A stretch of 38,945 bases of DNA. It comes from Bdellovibrionales bacterium (GTDB lineage: Bacteria > Bdellovibrionota > UBA1018 > CAIMNF01). The number at the start of each line of letters is the position of its first letter. Positions within the stretch are counted from its first letter, which is position 1. The stretch covers positions 1-38,945 of the forward strand of contig JBEIJY010000026.1 in assembly GCA_040380025.1 (NCBI GenBank). The letters run 5' to 3'. A program made the position numbers and the translations under genes. Below, piece by piece: positions 26,191-36,412 of this stretch. Under the pieces are notes generated by a model. It saw only the letters and a program-made list of their open reading frames with translations, made no database searches and had not been told where the DNA came from.

Positions 26191-27819
26191 TCAATCAGCG
26201 TGATCGAACAGGTTCACGAGCACCCGGTATTTATCGCCATCTGGGATCAGCATCTTGTCTTCGGTCCGGAACACCTGCACCAGCTCGGGATAGGCACCGG
26301 CATCGACGGCGTAGTAAAAGCTCTGTACCTCGAAAAACTCCCTCGGGCTCAGAACTGTGCGTCTCGAAAACGCCACGATCTGCTCGTAGGCCTCCTGGGG
26401 TGAGAGCTTGCCCTGGATCATGAGACCGATGGCGTCATTTCCGATGAGGGCGCAGGCAAGATCGATTTCGGCCTTCGCAAAGCCGGCGCGGGCCATGACC
26501 TCGGCCAGAATCCGCGCCGAGAACTCCTCGTGCATTCCGGGGAGCTTCAGTTCGAAGGCGAGGGGCTTTCCGGAGTCATGGAGGGCAAAGGCGAACTGGA
26601 TGGTCCTCCGGAGATCGACATTCGGCGGATCGGGAATCCGGCTCCAATCAAAATGGGGCATGAGCCGGTCCATCTGGGCATAGCCGAACAGAACGTGCTC
26701 TTCGATCGTTCCGGCGCCCCTTGTGCCCAGAGTGCTTCGAAACACCTCGGCAAGATCGAGTTTTCTTCCGTGCACGAGGACGGGATCCTCCTCGTTCTTT
26801 AGGAGCCCGATCAGCCGGCGCGGATCCCGAAACACCACGCCCGAGCGGACGCCTTCGACGAGACTACCGACCGCCTTGTGCTCGAGCTTGATCACCTCGG
26901 CCCAGGTTTCTTTCGGCACGGTGATGACCCGGTATTCTTCGGGAATGCTGTACTTGAACACGTATTCTCCGAGAGCCCGGTCTCCGCGCGGAAGGTTCCG
27001 GAAGACCTCGAGCGGAACATCGTACACCTTCACATACGAACCGAACTGGAGAATCACCGTCTTGTCGGTCGAGACCGAGATGCCATTCGGATGGAACGCC
27101 TCGACACGCTCGGAGTGCTCGACGGCCTCGGTGTAGGTCATGAACTCATGCGCTCCACTCGGAATTTCTTCGGGGGGCTTTCCGACCATCGACTGCGAGA
27201 TCGCGGGCCCGCGAAAATACGAGCCCTTGTAAAGGCGAACCCTGCCCTCACCCGGCTCGGGTAAAACCGGAATCCCCGTCCAATACAGCACCTCGGTTTT
27301 TTGGATTTTTCGCGTTCTGCGATAAGCCCCGATCCAGTCCCGAAGCTCGGTGCCGGTTTGGTACCGCGGACTCTTCAGGAGCGCCGCCGCCCACTCGAGA
27401 TACCGGGCCAGCAAAGGAGGAGTGTTCGCTTCTTCGGCCCTCGCAAGCAAAAATTCCGGGGGCATGCGATGCCTCGATGCCAAGTCCAGAACCTCGAGCG
27501 CAAGAACAGGAACGGGATAACTCAAAACCCTGAGATCATGATCGGGCCTTCCGAGCGCCATCCACTCCTCGAGCACGCGGTCCATGTACTCCGGGGTTCT
27601 CAGGGCCCCTTTTTTGGAAACCTGCTTTGCCACGGCGTCGAGTTCGCCCAAGAACTTCTTCTGAGCCGCCGTCTCGGGAGTTCCTCCACCGAACCAGTGC
27701 TCAATCCGGCGAAGAAGGTCCGAGCAAGCCGAGCGAAACCCCTGCCCGTCCTGCGCAGAAGCGGGCATCGGGTGAGTCACAAGCGCAAGAGACAATAGAA
27801 GCAAACCAAACGATCGCAA
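26191..27819 (-). CDS. Secreted multidomain protein: ADP-ribosyltransferase-like domain plus HD domain
   Basis: AGGAG then TTG; signal peptide; RLYKG...ISVSTD...GEYV...IPEEY; TIEEH...LHDSGKP...H...AVD. Confidence 0.65.
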   Translation of the reverse strand: MRSFGLLLLSLALVTHPMPASAQDGQGFRSACSDLLRRIEHWFGGGTPETAAQKKFLGELDAVAKQVSKKGALRTPEYMDRVLEEWMALGRPDHDLRVLSYPVPVLALEVLDLASRHRMPPEFLLARAEEANTPPLLARYLEWAAALLKSPRYQTGTELRDWIGAYRRTRKIQKTEVLYWTGIPVLPEPGEGRVRLYKGSYFRGPAISQSMVGKPPEEIPSGAHEFMTYTEAVEHSERVEAFHPNGISVSTDKTVILQFGSYVKVYDVPLEVFRNLPRGDRALGEYVFKYSIPEEYRVITVPKETWAEVIKLEHKAVGSLVEGVRSGVVFRDPRRLIGLLKNEEDPVLVHGRKLDLAEVFRSTLGTRGAGTIEEHVLFGYAQMDRLMPHFDWSRIPDPPNVDLRRTIQFAFALHDSGKPLAFELKLPGMHEEFSARILAEVMARAGFAKAEIDLACALIGNDAIGLMIQGKLSPQEAYEQIVAFSRRTVLSPREFFEVQSFYYAVDAGAYPELVQVFRTEDKMLIPDGDKYRVLVNLFDHAD

Positions 27820-27939
27820 AATTCACTCCTCGGACGGGATCAAACAAACGGCCTTCATCAGTAACGCAACAAGCCAAACCATGGCAATCCGAAAGCGCGG
27901 GGGATTGATTAAGTTCATTGAAGGTGCCACCCTAGAATC

Positions 27940-28401
27940 ATGGGGAAGCAAAACTCAAAGGCCCGCAGGAATTACCTGATCAACCCGGGATTCCAGTGGT
28001 CTATGATCCGCTATGCGGTTTTGATCTCGATTCTGAATTCCTCGATTTTTCTTCTCGCCGGCGCCGAGTTCTTCTCGCGACTGGTGGATGCCGGAATCCG
28101 CAAAAACCTCGGTGCGGATTCGGAGTACTTTCAGTTGATCCTTCAGGAGAAATCGCGGCTCGTCCTGATTTTCGGTCTGACAGGATTCCTTTCGATCTGC
28201 CTGATCACGGTTTTTGGAATCGTGATCTCGCACCGGATCGCGGGCCCGCTCTATCGACTGAGTCGGTACCTCCGGAATGAGGATCCCTCGAAACCCCTGC
28301 CCGAGCTCCGCTTCCGCGAAAAAGACTTTTTTCAGGATCTTGCTCGCGACTTCAATCTCTTCCGCTCGCGGATCAAAACGTCAGACTCCCCCCGAGAGTG
28401 A
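27940..28401 (+). CDS. Two-TM membrane protein with a HAMP-like C-terminus
   Basis: RRNYLINPGFQ...ISHRIAGPLYRL...LRFREKDFFQDLARDFN. Confidence 0.75.
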   Translation: MGKQNSKARRNYLINPGFQWSMIRYAVLISILNSSIFLLAGAEFFSRLVDAGIRKNLGADSEYFQLILQEKSRLVLIFGLTGFLSICLITVFGIVISHRIAGPLYRLSRYLRNEDPSKPLPELRFREKDFFQDLARDFNLFRSRIKTSDSPRE

Positions 28402-29497
28402 TGCTCGACGCGTTCACGGTGACCACGTCATCGGCAGCGGGAGCATCGACGAGACGCAGGCGTGCGTAGTCGAGGTGGATGCCGAAGGTGGTGGAGGCAG
28501 TCGGAAGCAGGTAGGCAAGCCCGAAGGCCAACTCATTGCTGTCGAGCTTCATGAGCTTCATTCCCCGCGAAACCGGCGAATACTTGAAATACCCGCTCAA
28601 CGCGTGACCGTTCCCGAAGGTCCGACGAAGGGCGGGAAACAACTGCGGACCGCCCACATTCTTGTACCCGAAGGTTCCATCGGTCGCATACATGGTCGAA
28701 TAGTACCAGCCGCCGTACAGTCCGAAGCGCCAAGGATCCCGAATCGCCGGAAACAAATACCCGAGCCGGAGGTTCAGCGCCAAAAACCGCACATCGCTCG
28801 ATGAGGTCCGCCCGAAGTTCAGCACGTTCGAGACTCCAGTGAAACCGAGATCCCATTTGGGCGGGAAGAGAAGATAATTCGCAGAGATCTTGACGGTCGT
28901 GGTCCACGCGCTGAAATCCGGAAACCCGCTCTGCGAGTATCCGATCCTGCCCACGCCGATTCCGGGCAGGATGAAAAACCGCTTTTGAAGCGGGGAATTG
29001 AACTCGGATTCCTGACGCGCACTCCCCGCGGAATCTGAAACGCTCACCCGATAAACGCGGTATGCGACCGTTCCGGCACGACTCACGATCGCAAGCTGTA
29101 CCCGCTCGAGACTCGTCTCGTAGGGGATCTCGAACGCGAAGTTCCCGGCGGAATCGACATCGAAGCTTTGATCGGACCAGACCAAGTGGCGGGAGCCTGC
29201 GTTCGGTCCCTCCAAACGGCCTTCGAGGCGAAGGCTCGAGCGAACACTTAAGCCGAAGGAGCGGATCACCACCTGGATTGCCCCCTCCTTCCAAAGAATC
29301 GCGTGTTTCTTCAATGCGGGGTCTGCGGATTCGAGGGACAACACGGCAGGGATCTGTCGGTCGGGACGAAAGCTGTTGGCGGGATTCTCGGCGATGGCCG
29401 CATCTTCGGCGGACGCCAGAGGACTGACGAGAAATCCCGCGAGCAAGGATCCGAGCGCGAGCAGAAAGCACAAATCGGGTGACTTCGTCCGACTCAT
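28373..29497 (-). CDS. Putative outer-membrane beta-barrel protein with an N-terminal Ig-like region
   Basis: Signal peptide, amphipathic aromatic-rich strands, terminal Phe (LGGSLTF). Confidence 0.65.
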   Translation of the reverse strand: MSRTKSPDLCFLLALGSLLAGFLVSPLASAEDAAIAENPANSFRPDRQIPAVLSLESADPALKKHAILWKEGAIQVVIRSFGLSVRSSLRLEGRLEGPNAGSRHLVWSDQSFDVDSAGNFAFEIPYETSLERVQLAIVSRAGTVAYRVYRVSVSDSAGSARQESEFNSPLQKRFFILPGIGVGRIGYSQSGFPDFSAWTTTVKISANYLLFPPKWDLGFTGVSNVLNFGRTSSSDVRFLALNLRLGYLFPAIRDPWRFGLYGGWYYSTMYATDGTFGYKNVGGPQLFPALRRTFGNGHALSGYFKYSPVSRGMKLMKLDSNELAFGLAYLLPTASTTFGIHLDYARLRLVDAPAADDVVTVNASSITLGGSLTF

Positions 29498-29553
29498 CCG
29501 GTTCTCTTCATCGTAAACAATTTCTTTGGCAATTTCCATGATTCTGCCCGAAA

Positions 29554-31386
29554 ATGAATGAAGTGAACCAAACCCCGCACCCGCGAAGAGCCTTGGGCCT
29601 GAAAATGCTTTTAGGAACCACTCTCATCGTCCTTGTGCTGACGGGAGCATCGTTCACCCTCTCGTACTCGTTTTTGAGTTCGGAGACCACCACCTTCACC
29701 TTCGAAACCCAAACGAGCCATTCGCAGTTGCTCGGACAACGCTTTGCCGGCATCATCGAGAATGCGACCCAGACGCTGAAATTCCTACCTGCGCTCGATG
29801 ATCGCGCGAATGCCGTCCTCGAGAATCAAAAGAACATTCGCTCCCTGCAGGCGTTCCGGGTTGATGCCGGAACCGGCGCCTCCTCGGGGTTATATCTGTG
29901 GGGTGAGGCGGCGGCCGTCGATGGTCCCGGAAAAGACGTCCTGGAGGAGATCAAAAAAACCGGAATCGCGTATCAGGCTGAAAGAAATCGCGAGAATCAG
30001 GCCGAGGTGCACCTTTACGCGCTTCTTGGGAATTCGCCCGACGGAACGGTCCTGACAGTCGCACGGGCGAAGCTCGACCTATCGACCCTGAAGAAGCAAT
30101 CCGGCGGCGCTCGGACCCAGCTCTTGAACCGTGCCGGACAGATCTTGCTCGACTCGCGGAATCCCGACCTTGAGGCGACGATGACCCCCGACTCGAACCC
30201 GCTCTTCAAGATCGCAAGCCGCTCGCCCGTCTCGCTCGGCACCCTCGAGTACACCGCCCCCGACACAGGCGACCGTTATCTCGGCACCTATGTGATCCCG
30301 GGGTACAACGTCGTGATTCTGAACAGTGTTCGCTACCTCGATGCGATGAAGGGCGCATTCATGTTGCTCGAGAAGTTGATCCTGACGGGGCTTGCACTCC
30401 TCGGGGCCTCGCTGATCGCAGTGGTGCTGTTCGCCCGTCGCCTGACCCGTCCGCTCGAAGAGCTGACGGCCGCGACGCATGTGATTTCTTCGGGGAATTT
30501 CGATCTTGCGCTGAAGGAAACCTCATCGGACGAGATCGGAATCCTCTCGCAATCGATGAACGTGATGTCGAAGAAGATCCAGGAGCTGCTCCTCGAGAGC
30601 ATCGAGAAGGTGAAGATCGAGCAGGAGGTCGCGATCGCATCGACCCTCCAGCAGAACCTGATTCCCCCCGCTTCGATCGTGACCCCCCGATACCGGATGG
30701 AGAGCTTTTACCAGTCCGCGCGCCAATGCGGTGGAGACTGGTGGGGGTACGTCGAGTCCGGCGATTCGATCACGCTCCTGATCTCGGATGCGACCGGACA
30801 CGGACTCCCTCCCGCGATGCTGACGGCCGCGACCCATGGCTGTTTTGCCGCGATTCAAAAGATCCTCTCGGACTTCCCGACCCTATCGATGCCGCCGAGC
30901 GAGCTTCTTCGCATTGCGAATCAGGTGATCGTCGACTCTGCCGACAGCGAGCTCAACATGACCATGCTGATCGCGACCATCGACCTGAAGCAGGGAACCC
31001 TCACTTATTCGAACGCAGGCCACAACATGCCGTGGCTCGTCCGCGGCGGAACAGGAGGGGGGATCGAGCTCATGAAATCCCGCGGCTTCCGGCTGGGCGA
31101 GGCGACGGGGTTTGCGCCGTCTCCCGATGTGACGCTTCCCTTCGGGCCCGAAGACGTGCTGTTCTTGTACACCGACGGGCTCATCGAGAACCCTGCAAAA
31201 GACGGATCGAAACTCGAAAAAGACCGGATCCGCTCGATGCTCTCGCCGCGCCCGCGGGGCGGAATCGCCGAAGCATCCTCGGGAATCATCAAGACTCTCG
31301 AAGAGATGTACGGCGGAGTCATGCCCGAGGATGATGTGACCTACGTGTTGTTCCAGAAGTCGTCGGGCGATGGAGCCCGGGCATGA
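29554..31386 (+). CDS. SpoIIE/PP2C phosphatase with periplasmic sensor and HAMP domain
   Basis: TRPLEEL...DEIG, CGGDWW, SDATGHG, SNAGH, LYTDG, EDDVT. Confidence 0.93.
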   Translation: MNEVNQTPHPRRALGLKMLLGTTLIVLVLTGASFTLSYSFLSSETTTFTFETQTSHSQLLGQRFAGIIENATQTLKFLPALDDRANAVLENQKNIRSLQAFRVDAGTGASSGLYLWGEAAAVDGPGKDVLEEIKKTGIAYQAERNRENQAEVHLYALLGNSPDGTVLTVARAKLDLSTLKKQSGGARTQLLNRAGQILLDSRNPDLEATMTPDSNPLFKIASRSPVSLGTLEYTAPDTGDRYLGTYVIPGYNVVILNSVRYLDAMKGAFMLLEKLILTGLALLGASLIAVVLFARRLTRPLEELTAATHVISSGNFDLALKETSSDEIGILSQSMNVMSKKIQELLLESIEKVKIEQEVAIASTLQQNLIPPASIVTPRYRMESFYQSARQCGGDWWGYVESGDSITLLISDATGHGLPPAMLTAATHGCFAAIQKILSDFPTLSMPPSELLRIANQVIVDSADSELNMTMLIATIDLKQGTLTYSNAGHNMPWLVRGGTGGGIELMKSRGFRLGEATGFAPSPDVTLPFGPEDVLFLYTDGLIENPAKDGSKLEKDRIRSMLSPRPRGGIAEASSGIIKTLEEMYGGVMPEDDVTYVLFQKSSGDGARA

Positions 31387-32381
31387 TCGGAAGGGTCGAG
31401 CGTCGTTCGCGAACCGCGGAGCGGCTCGTCCTTGCGCTCGGGATTCTTTTGATTCTGACCCCGATCTCAGCCACGCTGCTCGGTCTTGATGTCACCGGGA
31501 GATTCTTCGGCGCGCGGGATTTTTTTTCTCAGAGCAACATCGGCGAGGTGCTTCGCCCGAGCAAGATCGTAAAACGGAAAGGCGAGGATGATCTCGCCTA
31601 CGAGTCGGCAAACCAGGGCGATCCGATCCATACCGGCGATACGGTCATGACCGGCAAGGAGTCCTTCACGCGCATCACGCTGACCGACGGGACCGCGCTC
31701 GAGCTCGGGCCTGAATCGCTGATCAAGATCGATCCGGTCCGGACCTTCACCTTCGCGGGGATCGAAAAAAAACTCCGGGTGACGGTAGTCTCGGGAAAAG
31801 TGAAGGTGTTGTCATCCCCGAATTCGGCTTCGGTGGTGCTCGTGAATTCCGCGGGTGAGATCCTCGAAGAAATCGCGCCACCCGCACCTGATGAAGTGAT
31901 CCCTGCGGCAACGGGCGGTCCTGCGGCAAAGCCAGATGCCCTCGCAAGCGAGAACACTCCTGCGGTCTTCCGGCCGACGTTCGTGAACCCCTTGTTTGCG
32001 CGCGCGGAGATTCCAGAAAAAACTCCGAAGGAATCTCCCGTGCCGGCTCAGGCCGAATTCGTGCCCGAGCTCACCTCACCCGCGGACGGATTCGATGCCG
32101 GAGCACTCCCGCGAATCGGCGGACATCGCGATCTTGTTCTTGCGTGGAAGCGCAACTCCGCTTGCCGCGAATACGAACTCGAGGTTTTCCGCACGAAAAC
32201 CGGCGAAAAAACCGCCGATGCCCCCTCCGAGAAGCCCTTGCTTCGAAAGCGTCTCCCACTCCATTTCTCGGGATTCCGGATTCCGCGCCCGGGCCGCTAC
32301 CGCTGGCGCGTGGGGTGCGTGCAGGATCAGAACATGATCGGGTTTTCGGAATCGCGGGAGTTCCGGGATTCGGGAAAATGA
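31383..32381 (+). CDS. FecR domain-containing protein
   Basis: TM anchor; IHTGDTVMTGKESFTRITLTDGTALELGPES; C-terminal PGRYRWRV. Confidence 0.8.
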   Translation: MIGRVERRSRTAERLVLALGILLILTPISATLLGLDVTGRFFGARDFFSQSNIGEVLRPSKIVKRKGEDDLAYESANQGDPIHTGDTVMTGKESFTRITLTDGTALELGPESLIKIDPVRTFTFAGIEKKLRVTVVSGKVKVLSSPNSASVVLVNSAGEILEEIAPPAPDEVIPAATGGPAAKPDALASENTPAVFRPTFVNPLFARAEIPEKTPKESPVPAQAEFVPELTSPADGFDAGALPRIGGHRDLVLAWKRNSACREYELEVFRTKTGEKTADAPSEKPLLRKRLPLHFSGFRIPRPGRYRWRVGCVQDQNMIGFSESREFRDSGK

Positions 32382-32403
32382 GATTCGAGCCCGGAGTCGT
32401 TCG

Positions 32404-32949
32404 TTAAAATACCGGATTCCGGGAATACGCCGAAAAGCCCTGAAGCTCCTGATCCTTCTTCGAGACCAAGGGATTTTGAACAGGCCAGGTGATTTTGAGA
32501 TCGGGGTCCGAGTAGCAAATGCCCCCTTCGGTCTTCGGCGAATAGGGCGCATCGACCTTGTACATCACATCGGCATCTTCGGTTCCGAGCACGCAGAACC
32601 CGTGGGCAAACCCGGCGGGAACCCAAAGCACACGTCCGTTTTCGTCCGAAAGCTCCACCGCCTCCCACTTTCCAAAAGTCGGAGAATCCCGTCTGAGATC
32701 CACCACCACATCCCAGATTCGCCCGCGGATCACGCCCACAAGCTTTCCTTGCGCGGGATTGTTCTGGTAATGAAGCCCGCGGATCACACCGGGCTTCGAA
32801 CGGGAGTGGTTGTCTTGCACGAAGCGCGCGGGAATCCCGAGATCGCGGAAGCGCTCCTCGACAAACCGCTCGGTGAAAAATCCGCGATCATCGCGGTGAA
32901 TCCTGAGCTCGACCAACTTCAGTCCGGGAAGGGAGAGATCCTTAACCAT
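32404..32949 (-). CDS. rfbC: dTDP-4-dehydrorhamnose 3,5-epimerase
   Basis: DDRGFF, QDNHSRS, RGLHYQ, GFAHGF, YKVD. Confidence 0.97.
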   Translation of the reverse strand: MVKDLSLPGLKLVELRIHRDDRGFFTERFVEERFRDLGIPARFVQDNHSRSKPGVIRGLHYQNNPAQGKLVGVIRGRIWDVVVDLRRDSPTFGKWEAVELSDENGRVLWVPAGFAHGFCVLGTEDADVMYKVDAPYSPKTEGGICYSDPDLKITWPVQNPLVSKKDQELQGFSAYSRNPVF

Positions 32950-33829
32950 GAGAGGGATCTTTCCTCTTTTGCAGGCACTCGGCAAGGGCCTCTTCCCATG
33001 GACGGGGATTGATGCCGAAGGTACGGATGAACTTCTCGAGGCTCAACCGCGAATTCCGCGGACGCACGGCCGGGGTCGGGTAATCGGACGAGGGAATTCC
33101 GGTGATTTTGGCTTCGGGCAAAATCGCGCGGGCAAAGCCGGCCCAGCTGGTGAACCCCGAATTGCACAGATGGTACACGCCCGAAGGGAAGCCTTTCCCT
33201 TCGAGTTTTTGTTCCAGCGCCCGCATCAGGGCATGAAGCGAATACCGCGCAAGATCGGGAGCATAGGTGGGTGCCCCCACCTGATCGTCGACCACCCTGA
33301 GCTCGCGTCCTTCGCCGCCCAGGCGAAGCATGGTGCGCACGAAATTCCTTCCTTCGTGCGAGAAGACCCACGAAGTCCTGAAAACAAGATGCTCGCACCC
33401 GGATGCGCCGATCGCCTCATCCCCGCGGGCCTTCGATGCGCCGTAGGCATTCAGCGGCGCGTGGGGCTCGGTTTCGGGGCGGGCGGACGCCCCCCGGCCG
33501 TCATAAACATAATCTGTAGAATAATGCAGGAGCGGGATGCCCCGACCGGCGCAGTACCGGGCAAGAAGCGCCGGAGCGCGGGCGTTCACCGCCTCGCATT
33601 TTTCGCGCTCGGTCTCGGCCAGATCGACCGCCGTGTATGCGGCGGCATTCACGATGACATCGGGCGACTCCCGGGCCAGCACGTCTCCGACCGCATCAGG
33701 ATCGGCAAGATCGCACTCGGACGAACCGGGCGCGATCAGGGTCCACCCGAGGGGGAATGCCTCGGTTTCGGAGAGTTCGCGAAAGGCGCGGCCGAGTTGG
33801 CCGTTTGTACCGAACAAAAGAATCTTCAT
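32942..33829 (-). CDS. rfbD: dTDP-4-dehydrorhamnose reductase
   Basis: GTNGQLG, NAAAYTAVD, STDYV, YGASK, DDQVGAPT. Confidence 0.97.
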   Translation of the reverse strand: MKILLFGTNGQLGRAFRELSETEAFPLGWTLIAPGSSECDLADPDAVGDVLARESPDVIVNAAAYTAVDLAETEREKCEAVNARAPALLARYCAGRGIPLLHYSTDYVYDGRGASARPETEPHAPLNAYGASKARGDEAIGASGCEHLVFRTSWVFSHEGRNFVRTMLRLGGEGRELRVVDDQVGAPTYAPDLARYSLHALMRALEQKLEGKGFPSGVYHLCNSGFTSWAGFARAILPEAKITGIPSSDYPTPAVRPRNSRLSLEKFIRTFGINPRPWEEALAECLQKRKDPSHG

Positions 33830-33842
33830 GAGGTCTCCCGGT

Positions 33843-35183
33843 TCATTCGACGTAACTCCACAACCATTCCACCGCAAACAGCGGCACGTTCCACAGGTTC
33901 ATCCCGATGTCTTGGTCCCGGATCCGATGACGGGCCGACTGCACTCCGGGGGGGGCCAGAGAGAGGCGGATCGCGCGCGCGCATTGCCTTTCTTCAGAGA
34001 AATGAAACAGGGATTTCATCTTCCCCGGGGCCCCTGATTTCACCTCCACGGGCAGGACTTCCTGCGCATTCTCGATCAAAAAATCGATCTCCCCTTTTTG
34101 TGCGCCCTTGTCCCTCAACCAATAATGGAGCTCCGGCTCGAGACGATCCCCGCGGATTCCGTTCAGATGCTGGGCCGCGAACTGCTCTGCAAGAACCCCC
34201 TTGGTATTGAACTGGTTTTTCATCTCGAGATCGATGGTATCGAGATCCATCCGCATCATGGCATTCATGAGTCCCACATCGAGAAAATACGGCTTGAACA
34301 CGGATCGATCCGCTTGTCCTGCCAGCGGAACGCTGCCCCCGCTGCTGTGAAAGGCCGTCAACAGGATCCGTGCGTCCACCAGAAGCTGAACCACCCGCTT
34401 GATGTCACGGGACTGGGCCTCGCTCGCGAGGCGCTGGTAGATCATTTTCTTGCCGATATTTCCGACACTCGAGCGGAACACCTCCTGGATCCGTGTCGAG
34501 TCGATGCGGGAATTGTACTTCGGAAAATCCGCGAGGTAGGCCTGAACAATCTGATCCTGGATCATGCGAACCGGTACAAGACTTTTCTCTTCGGCGAAGA
34601 CCGACACCGCCTCGGGCATGCCGCCGACATACAGGAACTCGCGAAAAGCGGCACGACCCAGTTCGAATTCGACTTCTCCGCACACGCCCTTCGCCAACTG
34701 CCCCGCGAGCAGATCCCGCCCGGTCGCACGAAGAAACTCGCCGAAGGTCATGGGCCCGAGGTGAAGAAACTCGACTCTCCCCACCGGGAAGCTGATGGCC
34801 TCGGTCTTCAGCACGATTTCGAGGAGGGAGCCCGCGGAGATGACCGCAAGGTCGGACCGTTCCTCGTAAAAATAACGCAAAAACCGGATCAGCTCGGGCT
34901 GTTCCTGGATCTCATCGAAAAAAATGATGGTTCGGGGGCCGATCCGGGAGTTCTTTCGAAGCTGGAGCTCATCCAACAGAGCAGAAACCGTGGGCACCTC
35001 ATCTCGCAGGGCCCGGAACCGCTCCCGCTCCAGATTGAACTCAAGGAGATCCAACCCCTCGCTCTGGCACCAGTTCCGAACCAAGGTGGACTTCCCGACT
35101 TGGCGTGCACCCCGTAAAATCAATGGCTTGCGGTTTCGATCCCGAAACCACGCTGATAAAGATGACTCAGCCTGTCGCCTCAT
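33843..35183 (-). CDS. AAA_14 ATPase with DUF4143 and a C-terminal PD-(D/E)xK-like motif
   Basis: GARQVGKS, FFDEIQ, FPVGRV, VGGMPE, LDVGL, EIDFL...PVEVKSG. Confidence 0.92.
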   Translation of the reverse strand: MRRQAESSLSAWFRDRNRKPLILRGARQVGKSTLVRNWCQSEGLDLLEFNLERERFRALRDEVPTVSALLDELQLRKNSRIGPRTIIFFDEIQEQPELIRFLRYFYEERSDLAVISAGSLLEIVLKTEAISFPVGRVEFLHLGPMTFGEFLRATGRDLLAGQLAKGVCGEVEFELGRAAFREFLYVGGMPEAVSVFAEEKSLVPVRMIQDQIVQAYLADFPKYNSRIDSTRIQEVFRSSVGNIGKKMIYQRLASEAQSRDIKRVVQLLVDARILLTAFHSSGGSVPLAGQADRSVFKPYFLDVGLMNAMMRMDLDTIDLEMKNQFNTKGVLAEQFAAQHLNGIRGDRLEPELHYWLRDKGAQKGEIDFLIENAQEVLPVEVKSGAPGKMKSLFHFSEERQCARAIRLSLAPPGVQSARHRIRDQDIGMNLWNVPLFAVEWLWSYVE

Positions 35184-35202
35184 AATACCAGTCTAGCACA
35201 AC

Positions 35203-35256
35203 CTGAGGCACTAAAAAAGGGGCTCTTTGGTGCTTCAGAAGCACTAAAAAGGGGGG
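35203..35256. promoter_or_regulatory. Operator-like repeat cluster upstream of the ATPase
   Basis: GCACTAAAAA(A)GGGG twice (35208, 35241) and the palindrome GTGCTTC-A-GAAGCAC. Confidence 0.55.
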
Positions 35257-36318
35257 TTATATCTTCGCCCAATCATAGCTGACCTTGACCCCGGGCTTGG
35301 AGGTCACCTTTTTGCTCCAGTCCAGGTTTGCAAGGTACCAAGCGACCGTTTCTTTCAGGCCGGTCTCGAAGCTCTTGAAGTGATGCACATACCCGAGCTC
35401 GCGCTGGGCCTTGGAGTCATCGATCGCGTACCGGAAGTCATGCCCCGGCCGGTCGGTCACGAACGAAATCAGATCGCGATACGAGGCTCCGCCCGCCCGG
35501 GGACGAAGCTCATCGAGAGCACCGCAAAGGGCATGCACCACCTCGAGATTCTTGCGCTCGCTGTTCCCGCCAAAGCAATACGTCTCGCCCGGCAAGCCTT
35601 TTTCGAGGGCCTGAAGCACGCCGCGTGCGTGGTCCTTCACATGAATCCAATCGCGGATGTTCTCGCCCTTGCCATACACCGGAAGCGGCTTGCCCTGAAG
35701 CGCGCAGAAAATCATGTGCGGAATGAGCTTTTCGGGGAACTGGCGGGGGCCATAATTATTGGAGCAGTTGGTGATGATGGCAGGGAGACCGTAAGTATGG
35801 AACCAGGCGCGCACGAGAAGGTCGGACGCGGCCTTGGAGGCGGAATACGGGGAATTCGGGGCATAAGGCGTTGTTTCGGAAAACTTTCCCGTCGGACCGA
35901 GCTCGCCGAAGACCTCGTCGGTCGAGACATGCAAAAAGCGGAACCGGGATTTCGCATCGGCCGGAAGGGACTCGAAATGCCGGCGGGAGGCCGTGAGGAC
36001 CGAAAACGTGCCGTTCACGTTGGTTTCGATGAAGGCGCCCGGACCCGAGATCGACTTGTCGACGTGACTCTCGGCCGCAAAATGCGCCACCCGGGTCACA
36101 CCGAACTTTTGGAGGGTGGAATGAAAGAGCTCGGCATCGAGGATGTTTCCGTGAATGAAGTGGAAGCGGGCGTTCTTTTCGAACGCCTCGAGGTTCTCGC
36201 GGTGACCGGCATAGGTGAGCGCGTCGTACCCCACCACGGAGTGCCCGGCCTCGAGGGCCAGTTCGACAAAATTGCTGCCAATGAAGCCGGCCGCGCCGGT
36301 GACCAGAATGGTTTCCAT
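35257..36318 (-). CDS. rfbB: dTDP-glucose 4,6-dehydratase
   Basis: GAAGFIG, DALTYAG, AAESHVD, STDEV, YSASK, CSNNYGP, DRPGHD. Confidence 0.97.
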   Translation of the reverse strand: METILVTGAAGFIGSNFVELALEAGHSVVGYDALTYAGHRENLEAFEKNARFHFIHGNILDAELFHSTLQKFGVTRVAHFAAESHVDKSISGPGAFIETNVNGTFSVLTASRRHFESLPADAKSRFRFLHVSTDEVFGELGPTGKFSETTPYAPNSPYSASKAASDLLVRAWFHTYGLPAIITNCSNNYGPRQFPEKLIPHMIFCALQGKPLPVYGKGENIRDWIHVKDHARGVLQALEKGLPGETYCFGGNSERKNLEVVHALCGALDELRPRAGGASYRDLISFVTDRPGHDFRYAIDDSKAQRELGYVHHFKSFETGLKETVAWYLANLDWSKKVTSKPGVKVSYDWAKI

Positions 36319-36412
36319 GGGGGTGACGCTACCTCATTTCGGGGGAGGCGGGAAGATCTCGGGCAGGAAGACAAGGCGATTCGGGCTGAAACTCTTCTGA
36401 AAAGCAGCCTTG

